Of a stretch of 64,000 bases of DNA, positions 45,346 to 64,000 are shown piece by piece (the stretch's first letter is position 1; the number at the start of each line of letters is the position of its first letter). The DNA comes from Amoebidium appalachense (taxonomy: Eukaryota > Protista > Ichthyosporea): NCBI GenBank assembly GCA_963693365.1, contig CAVNZM010000004.1, positions 9,452,468 to 9,516,467 on the forward strand. The letters are read 5' to 3'. The notes beneath the pieces were generated by a model that was not told the origin of the DNA, searched no databases, and was given only the letters and a program-made list of their open reading frames with translations. The position numbers were made by a program, and so were the translations under genes.

Positions 45346-47701
45346 GGTGATGGTGCCTGTTTGGTGACAGAGTCATACACGTGTGTGCACGAAGTTTACT
45401 ATTGTGCTTGCGTATACCGATGTGTCCTCACCGATGCGTGTGTGTGTGCAAACATATGTCCTGTTCACTATGATGTGCGCCTGTTTAGGTGGTATCTGTA
45501 AATTCTTTTACCACCTTGCCTTTTGATTTCCACACCTGTAAGTGCTACATGGCCTGGATGCAGAGGAAATATCAAGTTGTAAGACCTGCGAAGAACACGA
45601 GAAAGTTGTTTTAGTGTTGATAGCGGAAGCGAATTTGATCTGTTCAGCTCCGGTAACTGACTTTGTGCTGCAAAAAGGCAGTGACTATATAACAAACATT
45701 ACATTACTTCGAAAGCTAACGCAACGATTGAGTGGATTGAACGAATGAATGTGGACTGATCATGCAACTAACAGGAAGGAAAGCAAAACTTTTCTGAACG
45801 TGTGCATGCGGAGGTGGGGAGCCCAGATGGCAACTATCAGCCCACACATCAGCATTCTATCGAGGGAGCCAGCCCACTGTGACTCTGAGTCAATAGAAAT
45901 GTCTTATTGCCAGATCTAAACCGTAGTTAGATCTACAAAGAATACAGTGCATGATTTTGGACCAGTGGTTAGTAGCTTATTAGAGAGCCGGCTTGCAGAG
46001 CAGGTTTCTATTAGCTTGTGATGTCTATTAGTGCTTGTTATCAACAATATTTTGTAATATTGTATTAAAAGAACTATATTTTATCACAAAATTATATTTG
46101 CCTCATAGTATATTCGTTTCCAACCATTTGGAGTCGGACAGTTGATCGGGCTGGGCTGGTCACTTTAAGTCACTACACAAGCATCCAATAGCCTTTTAGA
46201 TGAACAATTGCAGTCTATTGGTCTAAACGGTATCATCCAGCGAGTCGGAAGGGTTCGTTTTCTTGTTTTGCCGGCCATCCCCTGCCATCGTTAGTGAAAG
46301 TTGGCAAAGCGTTTGAGTGGCTTCTCAAGTTCTCTGTCAAGTAGGTTAACCGTGGCACTGAGTGTGGGCCCCGGGTGTTCTGTCACAGCAGGTAACAGTA
46401 ACAGAGAATGGACCCCTACATGCATCCCTCCCCTCGGGGAGTCAAGACTGTAAAACCAATTGCACCACACGGCAATTGTTGAGGTTGAGGCTAGTACTAG
46501 TAGTAGGCTGAGCAAATGTGGAATAAAAGGTATATAGGCTACAAGTATAATAATGCAGTCCCGGGGATAGTACGAGTTCCTAGGGACAGGTGCTTTTAGC
46601 GCTGCCGGATTATTCAAGCCGTGACGCACGAAGTGCACAACCTGACATATACCCACGCATACATGCGCGCTCGAAATCACACATGCGCACACGCACACAA
46701 ACACACAAACACAAAACAGAAACACACCCAGCCAGTCACCCCCACGCACACAAACATTGGATAACAAGTCACACAATACACAAACAAATAGCAAGGAGAC
46801 ACGGTGTCACGCACACACACATGCCTGTAACACACACGTGCACGCGTACTCTGACATACAACCACCCACACACGCACGCAAAAGAAAGAACACGCGTGGC
46901 ATGCACACACGCACACGTACACAAACACGTTTCGCGTGGCCACAAGCTGCAAAACACACGTGTATACAGGGTCGCATCTACTCCGTGATACACACAACGT
47001 ACGATCGTGAACTTGAAAGAGACGAATTCTGAGACTTCAGTCAAGGAATGCCTCGAGCTTGCGCTCAGAGAAAACTAGTTGTGTTTCGAGCGGGAATAAT
47101 TACCATGAAAACACCTGTTCGTCTATGCTAAGCATGCGGCAGGTGTGCTATATTCATCCTTTTTTTATTGTTTTATAAAAACTTTATTGCTTCGAAGTTG
47201 TGTGCGAGTATACTGATCTAATATAGGACAGGTGAGCACAGAACCGTGACCTTGTGTGTTTATATTTATTGTGGTGAGACCTGTGTGCACGTGGACCGTG
47301 TGTACAAGTTGTATGTGCCAGTTTGTGCACGTGGGTGTTCGAGACGGTATGCTTGACGTTATGCGTATGTATTAATGGGGGTTTCTTTTAGGCTGATTAG
47401 TTTCCCACATTCCAGCACATCAGGGTCAAGCCATTTACTCAGCGTATAAATCAGGATATGAACTTCAATATTCTTCCTAACTTTTTATTATTATTCTTCC
47501 CTTCTTTATTTTTTCTCTGTTCTTTTTCTTTATTATTTATTATGGTGCATCTGTACCTTGCTGCCGGCAAAACGATGGTGCGCAGCTGATGCGCAGCTCG
47601 CCAATCATATAGCTAGAATCCCCCCTGACCCGGCCCGGCCCGAAAGCCTAAAAACCCCCCCTTAATTAAAAAAATGAGTGTGTGTGTGTGTGCGTCCACA
47701 G

Positions 47702-47747
<46 letters not shown>

Positions 47748-48109
47748 CGCCCGCCTATGAACGCGGGGCACACCACGCACGAGGGAGGGAGGAGGGGGAG
47801 GGGGAGGGAGGCATGGCAGTCACGGGTACCCTGACAGCTAGTGTACAAGCTGAATCACGGTGTGGCATATCATATCATGATTCAAGTTTATTCAAATGAA
47901 TATATGGTAGCCGGTTAACACACAGCGATTGACACTATTACTAGACTAAAAGCTCACCGCAACGGTTCTGAACCAACCAATTTCTGTCAGCACGTAAGGC
48001 TCCAAGATAACCACACTATGTAGCCCCTGCTCTTATATATGTTCTGCGTTTTCCTTACAGAAGGGTGTGTATATATATACGCCTGAACTTTGAAGTCTGG
48101 TTTCCGAAC

Positions 48110-49252
48110 CTATAGTTTCAGATCACGGAATTTTCCAGTCACGTTTGGTGCCGCCATGTCACTATACATGTTGTATATTCTCTCCGTTGCCCCTTCGGTA
48201 AAGTTCAACGCTTTCATGTCGATGTACTGCCACACAAAGTTATTGTAGCTTCGAAGGTACACGTTCATGTTGACCAGGTCATAAATAAGAGACCAGAGAG
48301 AGGAATCACCCTCATACTTATACACCCACTCCCCGTTTGCGTTCTTGGTAGGTGCAGGGGTGGCAGTTCCGTTCACCATCTCGCCGATGTTCATCAGATG
48401 GGACATGAGGTTAACGCCTTTTTCCGCGGTAGGAATGAGGTTCTTGTTCTGCGCGAAATGGAGGAAGACAGCCAGGCGTACAAATCGGGACCCCGCCTGC
48501 CCGTTGCCTGGAAGACCCACCATGGACCCCCAGTTTCCGAACGGTTCGAATACAGCCCCCCCGTAATTTACAGGCTCGGGATTGACGGGGAACATGTTGG
48601 GCGCAATGGTGCCAAGGTTAGTCATGTGCCAGTCGTAGGTGGGTGAGTTGGTCATGACGCCAACAAAATTCCTGAAAATGGTCAGTTTACCCCCGTCCGT
48701 GTACTCAATTACTATTCCCTCTCCGCTCTTGTCCGTGACCGCGTGGTGCAGGGGAACCATGCCAAGGCGTGGGATGGTAAGACCCTCCACAATCATCTTT
48801 GGAAGTGTCTCGTTCACTTGGGCCACCGTTGCGTGGTTAGCAAGGATCCAGTCGCACAGGTACGTCTGTGTGAGGGTGATGTTCTTCTGCTCATCCGTCC
48901 CGTTTTGAAACGACGCAAACCCCGTGAAGTAAAGGGCAGAACACTGCAGACCCTCCGTGTTCACCCCGTCAATGCATGCGTCCATGTGGAGCCCCTCCGC
49001 CCCCAGGTAGCCGTACTTGATGGTCCATTTTGCACCGGGTGTTCTGTTTGCTCGTGGGGACTCAAAGACCTTCCCCTTAGGGTGGGTGCGTAGGTTGAAA
49101 GGAAATTCTGACTGGGGCAGAGCGAACTGCATGTCTCTTCCTACGACGGCCGTCCCATCTCCTGCCACCGTTGAGAAGTGGTTACAGGCATCCACGCGGA
49201 GATTCTGCGCCCCAGCGAGAAGGACAGCGAACAGAGTGCTCATTTGTTTCAT
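48110..49252 (-). CDS. Secreted Ntn-hydrolase, choloylglycine hydrolase / penicillin V acylase (linear amide C-N hydrolase) family, 380 aa, intronless
   Basis: Signal-like N-terminus ending VDA, then the nucleophile Cys (CNHF...GDGTAVVGRDMQF). Family motifs DGVNTEGL, LHHAVTDKSGEGIVIEY, GVMTNSPTYDWHMTNL, GLPG...SRFVRLA and WSLIYDL..VYLRSYNN. Confidence 0.93.
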   Translation of the reverse strand: MKQMSTLFAVLLAGAQNLRVDACNHFSTVAGDGTAVVGRDMQFALPQSEFPFNLRTHPKGKVFESPRANRTPGAKWTIKYGYLGAEGLHMDACIDGVNTEGLQCSALYFTGFASFQNGTDEQKNITLTQTYLCDWILANHATVAQVNETLPKMIVEGLTIPRLGMVPLHHAVTDKSGEGIVIEYTDGGKLTIFRNFVGVMTNSPTYDWHMTNLGTIAPNMFPVNPEPVNYGGAVFEPFGNWGSMVGLPGNGQAGSRFVRLAVFLHFAQNKNLIPTAEKGVNLMSHLMNIGEMVNGTATPAPTKNANGEWVYKYEGDSSLWSLIYDLVNMNVYLRSYNNFVWQYIDMKALNFTEGATERIYNMYSDMAAPNVTGKFRDLKL

Positions 49253-49402
49253 GGTGCTTGCAAACAGAGAGGAAACAAGGAAGAGTGAATGCGAGGCGAA
49301 AGGGGGATTCAGTCAGTGAATGGTGTGTTTGTATGCGCGTTCCTCAGTAGATTTGGCACACAGGTGTTTTGCTGACTGCCAGGCTTTTATGTGGGGGTTG
49401 GG

Positions 49403-49412
49403 CCTTTATATA
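49403..49412 (-). promoter_or_regulatory. Candidate TATA box for the Ntn-hydrolase gene
   Basis: TATATAAAGG on the minus strand, ~150 nt upstream of the ATG. Confidence 0.35.
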
Positions 49413-50730
49413 CTCGTACATAAAACTGCTGAGGAATGTGGCTGGTTGTGACGGTGCACATTCCTTACATGCCATTGTACACCATCCTGAAGTTTGGCTA
49501 TAAGCGTAGGAGTTTTATTATTATTTCTTTCCCACCTAATTTTCTTATGTATCCAAATAGAAAATATCTTCTCGTCGTTTTGGCTATCTTTCTGTGCTTA
49601 TATGGCTTCATATCAAGGCTCGCCAGTTATCATCTTATTAGGTGTGCTATTTAGAAGGCCTTGCCTTTTATGGAGTGTACAATAATTGTCGATGGGGGAT
49701 TACGATTGGCTGGCTGGCCCATCCTAGCACATGTAGGCTTTATTCAAGCCACAGTCTAAGCTTAGAAAGCATTCTTTTAGTAAAGAATACCACACCCCGC
49801 CTCCCTAAAGAATATATGTCACTGCATGGTAAAAGTTTTTACCTTGGCTTTTCCTTTTGGTCATTTCTATTTTATTGACTCGAAGCGTTGGAAATCCCCT
49901 TATGTACTGAATAAATTCCGGGGGTTAAACCCATGGATATATATAGTGATTTTAATGACCAATCAGCGAGGAGGTTTCTCATACAAACAAAAACGTTTTC
50001 ACTGCAGGCCTCTACAATAGGCCGCCATTTAATAAGCCTCGGGGTAGTTTTTGTTTGGAAGCTTGCCTATATATGTGGCGCTATTGAATAGTATAATAAG
50101 AAAAAAACAAAAATAAACTTTGAACATGAATACTTGCAACCAACAATACTCGCTGTCACCAGTGTTGACACCCCAAAAATGAGCGTTTATCCTCAGGTAT
50201 TCAAAATGGAATGCCTGTACATGTGAGCGCTCACGAGTCACGACACCGTCCGACCGTGACGGTCGTCACGACAGTCGACAACTCACGGATGCACACTCAC
50301 GGTCATGCATGGATCAAGTTCATTTGAAATTTTCCGTTGTGTGTAGGTTTGTCTGAATGTGCATGTCTCGGACTCGACCGGTGAAAAGCATCATTTTCAA
50401 GTCACTTTGTACATGCATGCCGATGCAAACTTAAAGCAATGAATACAGTGTAGAGCTACATGAAGCTTTTTCATGCAACAGCACTTGTCTCACGCTGAAT
50501 TTATTCGCGTAATTCTGGCTCCGGAGCCACTACCGGGGCACGAGTTGCTGACTCAAGCGTCAAGGGGAGAAAAATTATTTATGGAATCAAAAGGGCAGTC
50601 CCCGATGGGCAGTTCTCCACTTGGTGACAAAAATAGTTGAAGAAAGAACCAAAACAAACAAGCAACGTCAGTAACACTAAAGCCACAGTTCTTCTTCCAA
50701 GTTGAGCGTTTATTTTTATTTTTTTGCTAC

Positions 50731-51029
50731 TGTGTCCGAACTCAGCGGCTGGGACTCCCTTCATTCCAAGTTCGAACGAAGTTAAGCCGAAGCTCGAGCT
50801 GCACTTGAGCGGGACGGTTGTTCCAGTGTAGTTCAGCGCGTTCGTGTTGCTTGGTGCTGCAGCAGGCGGTCTGGCACGTGCCAACTAAGTCTTGGTGTGT
50901 ACATAGAAAGTACTGTTACAGGTACAGCCTGAGATACTTTAAGATTACTTATTATCGTGTCGTCACTGTTGTGGCGGGAACTTCGGCTTAACTTCGTTCG
51001 AATAAAGTTCCCAGCCGCCGAGTGACACA
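50731..51029. mobile_element. Small inverted-repeat element (MITE-like)
   Basis: Perfect 22-bp inverted core TTCGAACGAAGTTAAGCCGAAG (50771-50792 / 50981-51002), plus outer arms TGTGTC..CTC.GCGGCTGGGA. TAC occurs on both flanks. Confidence 0.55.
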
Positions 51030-51262
51030 TACCATGACACGCGCACACACGTGCACACATGCACACATGCACACACAGTACACACACACGCAATACGACA
51101 TACACTGACCCACACTCACACAAACAAACTGGCACACCGTAACACACACTACTACACAAGTCACACATGTACATGTGACACCTTGACACACGCACACACA
51201 CACACACGACCGTCCACACACACGCACACACACACAAACACGCACCGGGCCGTCACTGTGTG

Positions 51263-51316
<54 letters not shown>

Positions 51317-51323
51317 ACATTGT

Positions 51324-51410
<87 letters not shown>

Positions 51411-51596
51411 GTGACAGACACAACACACACGTACATGTACACACATTGTGGCACCCTGGCACACAGTGGCACATACACACATACAATACGCACTGTGCCG
51501 CAGAGACACACTGTGACACAAACACACACGTGTACCCACGTGTACCCACATACACACTCTGTGACAAACCGACACAAATGATTTAGACACACACTG

Positions 51597-51954
51597 GAGG
51601 GCCCAACCACATCGGCAGATCTGTCAACCTGCATTTTAAAGCAGAATTATTCTGGAAAAGCGGCATTATTCTTTAAAAAGCAGAATTATTCTGCAGAAAG
51701 CAGAACTCAACTGCAAAAGCAGAATCACTCTGCCTTTAGCAGATTTATCCTGCTTTTAGCAGATTATCCTGCAAAAAGCAGAATTAGTCTGCTTTCGACA
51801 GCAAAATAATTTTGCTTTTAGCAGATTGATTCTGCTTTCGCAGATTTATTCTGCATTTGAGAATAATTCTGCTTTTTACAGAAAAATTATTTCTGCTTTT
51901 TGCAGAATGATTCTGCTCGGAGCAAGTTGACCTAGCCGATGTGGTTGGGCTCTC
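51597..51954. mobile_element. 358-bp MITE with GAG termini, 4-bp TSD and an internal array of palindromes (Sola2-like)
   Basis: TIRs GAGGGCCCAACCACATCGGC... and ...GCCGATGTGGTTGGGCTCTC. ACTG duplicated at 51593-51596 and 51955-51958. Interior is ~14 tandem ~20-bp palindromes AGCAGAATTATTCTGC. Confidence 0.8.
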
Positions 51955-52089
51955 ACTGGCAGGCTGTGCGATTACACACATGTACGTGACACACACACAC
52001 CTATGCATATGTACGATACACACACACTGTCAATATGACCATAGTACGTCCTGCCTCCCCTCTCTCTTTTCATCTCTATTATATCTCAG

Positions 52090-52172
<83 letters not shown>

Positions 52173-52181
52173 GCCCCCCCC

Positions 52182-52282
<101 letters not shown>

Positions 52283-52867
52283 GATCTCTAGATCTCTCTC
52301 TCTCTCTGCCCACCCCCCCCCCCCCCCCCGGGGCCCCTCTCCTCTGTCTGTCTCTCAGAGTGTCTTCGGACAACCCCCCCCCCCCCCCCCCCCCCGTGGA
52401 GGGTATCCAGCTAGCGCTTTTAGACCAGAGAGAGTGATGTATCCAGTCTTAGTCTGTGCATGTATGTCAAACGGTCACTACGGTACGTGCACGCATCATC
52501 TGCCAGCAATAGCCTGCATGAGTTGCATACTGCGTGCGCACGACACGCACACACACACGTACTGGCACTGATAGCTGTGAAAGACATGGCCCATTCAATC
52601 GGCCACTGGTGACGGAAAAATAGGCCATCGTGACGAACACTCCACCTCCACTGTGCACAGCGACAGTATTTCATGAGCGAGGCCCTCACGAACGGTATAG
52701 CATAGTACTCGGTCTACGTAGTGCAAGTGGGTCCTAAGAGCTATAATGAATAAAGCCTGGCATTGCCGTTATTGTAGTGCAATGGTCCCCATTAGTCACT
52801 CTCATAAGTGCGCTGTCTTCCCTGCGCCGCAGGCGGTGCCCGGCCACTTACGTAAGCCAGTGGGTAC

Positions 52868-55391
52868 CACGGCCATCTAGAAACACCATGGGTTTGGAAA
52901 TACAACCGGTATATCTTCCTTCTTGTTAACACCCAAGAGGCGACACATACTGTTACGGTTCGTCACCAAGTTGTCGGACGAGATAACCTTAATTTTGAGC
53001 CCGGTCGGTTTGTTGTTGATTTCCACTGATCTGCACCCACGTTAGAAATTTGTTTCGCATTGTGCACGAGGTGCCCGGCATCTGAATTATTGCGAAAGAG
53101 GTGCGCTCCGTCTTGGTTACTAACCGGATCAATGTGCAACAGGTCCCGTGTCCGCCGAGACTTGAGGGACTGAATGAAGATTGCGTTCATGGTGGTTGCT
53201 GGTGTCATGGTCGCCGTGTTACTCGCCGTGCCCGTTGTGTTGCCGTTCTTGTATACCAGCCCCATCTTCATACTAACCTCGTCCCAGCCCATATTAACAA
53301 AGTTGGTACCTTGCCCCAGATACGCGCTTGCACGTAAATTCATGTAGGTTTGATTGGGGGCTTTGAAACCAGTGACCAATAACCGATCGACGGAAGGGAA
53401 TAACGACTTCATGTATGAGGGGTGCGGTAGGATGAGGGGGGTGTAGCCGTGGTCGATCTCCATTCGTGCAAGTGCCATGTAAGCATTCTGGGATTTGCTA
53501 AATATAGCATCGGCAACCTGTATCCCAAGGAGGGATATGTTATTGATCTTTTGGTAAAAATCCTTAGTAAGAATCATAATAGCTTCGTACATTTTGTGCA
53601 TATATATAGGCCGGTTTTTTTTTTTGTTTTTTTTTTTGTGGGGAGGGGGGAGGGGGGGGGGGGGGGGGGGAGGGAGGTGTGTGGGGCTTCTTATGGTGTG
53701 TACACTGTGGGGTGAAAATTGATTGGCCAAGAACCGGAAAGAGGTGGCTTTGGCATTGTCGCTGGGGGAGGTTGACTCAGCAAGGTTATCTGCAGCCCGC
53801 TCGAGGATATCCAACGCAAACAACACGGGCTTATCACCAACCAAAGTGCGCTCGGCGGTTGCCAACAACTCATCCACGTCGACAGAATCGGGTTGTGGTG
53901 TGGACGGGAGGGGTGTCTGCTGCTGTGCAACTTGTTCTACCCGTTGTAATAGTGTGTGTAATTCCGACCATCTCGTGACCCAACCATCTGCAAGGTGCTG
54001 GAGTAGAAAGGGTGTGGTACTTAACAAATTGGCGGTGGTAAGGGGTTGCGCTGGCGGGGAGGCGGGTAGGAGGGCAAAGGCTACGTAGTGACCATCGGAT
54101 GTGAATTGGACATGACCGGCTAGTATGGGGAAGGGAGCGTCCCGTTTTCGGTTTCCTTAATTTTCGCGTGGGTTTGAACACAAAAACTCTACGCCACACC
54201 GGTTGTGGTCTTATGGGCCGACCAGCACGGATGGTGTAGAATTGCTTGGCACACGGCATCAATGAAGTTAGTGTCTGCAAACCTAATTTGGTCTGCAAGG
54301 ACACGAGCATACTCCGGCTCGAGCATAAGACGCTTGCTTCGCTCCTCTGCCTCTCGTTCGCTAAGTTCCCGTGCACGTTTCTGCTGCGCTTCACGCTTAC
54401 GTGCGTCTTTCTCCGCTCGTAACTGTTGCTTGCGCTCATCCCTTCGCCAACCGTAGTATAGCGACTTCTGCCTCAATTCTGTGTGCCTCCCTTTTCGCTG
54501 CTGCCGTTCTCACGTTTATGCTTCTTTCAGCTAGCACGATGGTTTTAGTTGGGTCCTTAGGGTCAGAGAAGATGCGAGGGGCAATGGGTGGGTCGAAATT
54601 GGGATCGCGAGAGAAGATCGCTTGCTTAAGGGGCCGGTTCCCTCGCGTTGGATCACAGGACCCCTTGGGAAAATAATCTGCGTCAACGAAATGCTTGACG
54701 CAGACGTGAGGCCTACCATCTTTGTATGTTTCAAAGAAGCATGCCTTGCTACCCCATACATCCCCTGCCTGAAGGCAATTTTTCATACCACAACTGCCAC
54801 AGCTATGGCTGCTTTTCCGGGTCGGGAAACCTAAAAGTAGAAACGGACACGCTCTGGCCGACACCGGCTTGCGGGTTTACATTTTCCTTACCCCTGTCCT
54901 TTCGAATCTCACTAGCATAGTTATCCTTACAGTTGTATACAATGCACTTGTTCCCCATGATCTCTAAAGCGGAAACTAACCATCCCTAAAAAGATACAAT
55001 GCCATGGCATGGGCATATTGCCCCATCCAGGTGCCACAGCAACCATAGGTGTCTTTGCGAGGGCAGTGTTCAAACAGTACACCTACGTACGGCGGTTTTT
55101 TCGGGGGTAAGGCCGCATAAACAGACCGGCGATCGGCCGCACTCTTGTAGGTCTAAATCACCAATCGGCCGAGCCGAAAGAGAGGTTAAACGTCAAATAA
55201 AAATTGATGAAATTTAACTCGTTTGTAGATCACGTTGCTGCCGAAGGCGAATAAATCTGTGGAGAACATTTTCCCGCCATTTTAGTAGGCCGCACCACCT
55301 CCGAGACCAAAAATCTTGCGTAATTGCGTAAACAAACGAGCAAATTCCGATGACGGTTCCTTGGACGGCCTGGTGTTTTTAGATGGCCGTG
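52868..55391 (-). mobile_element. P-element superfamily DNA transposon, internally deleted (2524 bp)
   Basis: 21-bp TIRs CACGGCCATCTAGAAACACCA (52868-52888) and TGGTGTTTTTAGATGGCCGTG (55371-55391), 20/21 match. Perfect 8-bp TSD GTGGGTAC at 52860-52867 and 55392-55399. CA...TG termini. Confidence 0.93.
52878..54958 (-). pseudogene. Disrupted P-element/THAP9-like transposase
   Basis: THAP zinc finger MGNKCIVYNC...TFRFPDPEKQP*LWQLW...(frameshift)...PHVCVKHF...PIAPRIF with an in-frame TAG at 54803-54805. Core SQNAYMAL..ILPHPS..GWDEVSMKMGLVY..ATTMNAIFIQSL and, after a frameshift, GLKIKVISSDNLVTNRNSMCRLLG..FPNPW. Truncated at the TIR before the rest of the catalytic domain. Probable intron near 53550-53700. 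Confidence 0.85.
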
Positions 55392-56482
55392 GTGGGTACG
55401 TAGCCTTGGAGACTAGATCCCCATGAGTGATGAGACTCGAGTGAACTGTTGCATGCATATGACGGCATTATGCAGGCGCTGCCCGGCGAGTCTATTTACC
55501 GGTACAGTAAAATACCATATGCACACAGTCAAATTTGCCACCAGTCAGCCAGTCTGCACTGAACTCTACAAAAGCATTTAACGTAAAAAGTTTGAAAAGA
55601 ATGGGAGAGAGTCATCATGTACATAGTGCGGTGTACATGTCAATAACAGTGTCACAATGATGTCTCGCGACCACGTGAAAAGGGGGCATTTTTAGCGAGT
55701 AGTACGCGTGCAATGTGCACGTGTATGCTGCTTTTTTTTAACCGCTGGACGGCGCTGGTGCGTTATCAGTAGCTAGGATTCGCAAGCTGTGATTATGAAA
55801 TAGTGCGAACCCAACCGAACAAAATTTCAAAACTAAATTTCTGAAAATATACAAAAGAAAGCTTAAAGTCATTATATTCCAGTGATTTGGGCCTGCCTGC
55901 TACAACTGCCCGCTCAATTGCTCCGGTACATGTTTGCCCAGAAATGCATTTCAAATCGCTGCACCACCCAGTCTTTGTCGGCCACGGAACGTCTGCAGGC
56001 TTTGGATATCAATATTAGTCGGTGGGGACTAAGAAGTGGGCACGTCGCACGCCTTTGGATCTTTATTTTCAAACTGTGTGAATGAATCCTGGGGGGAAGT
56101 CTGCAATACACGATGGGCCAGACGCAACTGAAACGGCTGAGTTACATCTCCAGATTGCGCATTTACCCCTCTCCAAAGGAACGTTCGTTGTTGCTCGTGT
56201 CGACATTTGATTGGTACAGCAATCACCAAACCTCGGGTGTCCATTTTTTGCGATAAAATCTAAAAACAAACTCCGAGCTACAGAAGACCCTCAGGTAGAA
56301 CATGCACAATACGACGAAGGCCAAATACAGCCTATACAAAGCAGCTTCATTACTTCGCCTTAGTCAGCCCGTAGGGCGTTTCTCTTTTTCCTACATAACA
56401 ATGACCTCATGAGCTCGCAATAGTTGGAAGCGGACACTTGCTTTATGTAGCACATCTCACATGCCCCAGGTATTCCACCAAC

Positions 56483-63828
<7,346 letters not shown>

Positions 63829-64000
63829 GTAAATTTCTACTTACCACCTTCTCATCCATACATCGACCCTCCCCCCCCCCCCCCCCCCCCCCCCCCGCCC
63901 CCCCCCCCCCCCCCCCCCCGCCGCCGCTGTCGCCACCAACTGTAACATATTCTATAGCCCCTTCCACCCCTCCCCCAAAATGCTCGCTCTTGGGTGCATA

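Noticed and set aside
46560-46645. Minus-strand VVHFVRHG, resembling a histidine phosphatase motif after an AG
   Set aside because: No further family motifs or compatible exons found, so it is likely chance or a tiny relic.
51630-51916. Regularly spaced palindromic repeats resembling a CRISPR array
   Set aside because: No unique spacers and no cas genes, in a eukaryotic context. Bounded by TIRs and a TSD, so it is a MITE.

Overview
Eukaryotic nuclear DNA with GT-AG introns that are filled with poly-C/poly-G, (CA)n/(GT)n and (CT)n/(GA)n tracts. Almost all ORFs in the supplied track are low-complexity artefacts. Manual exon assembly with reading frame kept across every junction gives six genes: (1) an ARO7-type chorismate mutase (+, 10 coding exons); (2) a bacterial-like ketopantoate reductase (-, 4 exons); (3) a ~1053-aa class C (7tm_3) GPCR whose ectodomain looks like a bacterial sugar-type solute-binding protein (-, 12 exons); (4) a disordered protein rich in tyrosine-phosphorylation-like and PxxP motifs (-); (5) an intronless secreted Cys-Ntn hydrolase of the choloylglycine hydrolase/penicillin V acylase family (-); (6) a FAAL-like adenylation + ACP + Pls/PosA-like membrane-domain enzyme (+, runs off the window). 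Mobile DNA includes two diverged homologous ~5-kb TIR elements inserted tail-to-tail at one TTAA site (Kolobok-like termini), a deleted P element with an 8-bp TSD, and several MITEs. The gene content suggests a unicellular opisthokont, possibly an ichthyosporean (inference only). All family assignments rest on motif recognition, not database searches.
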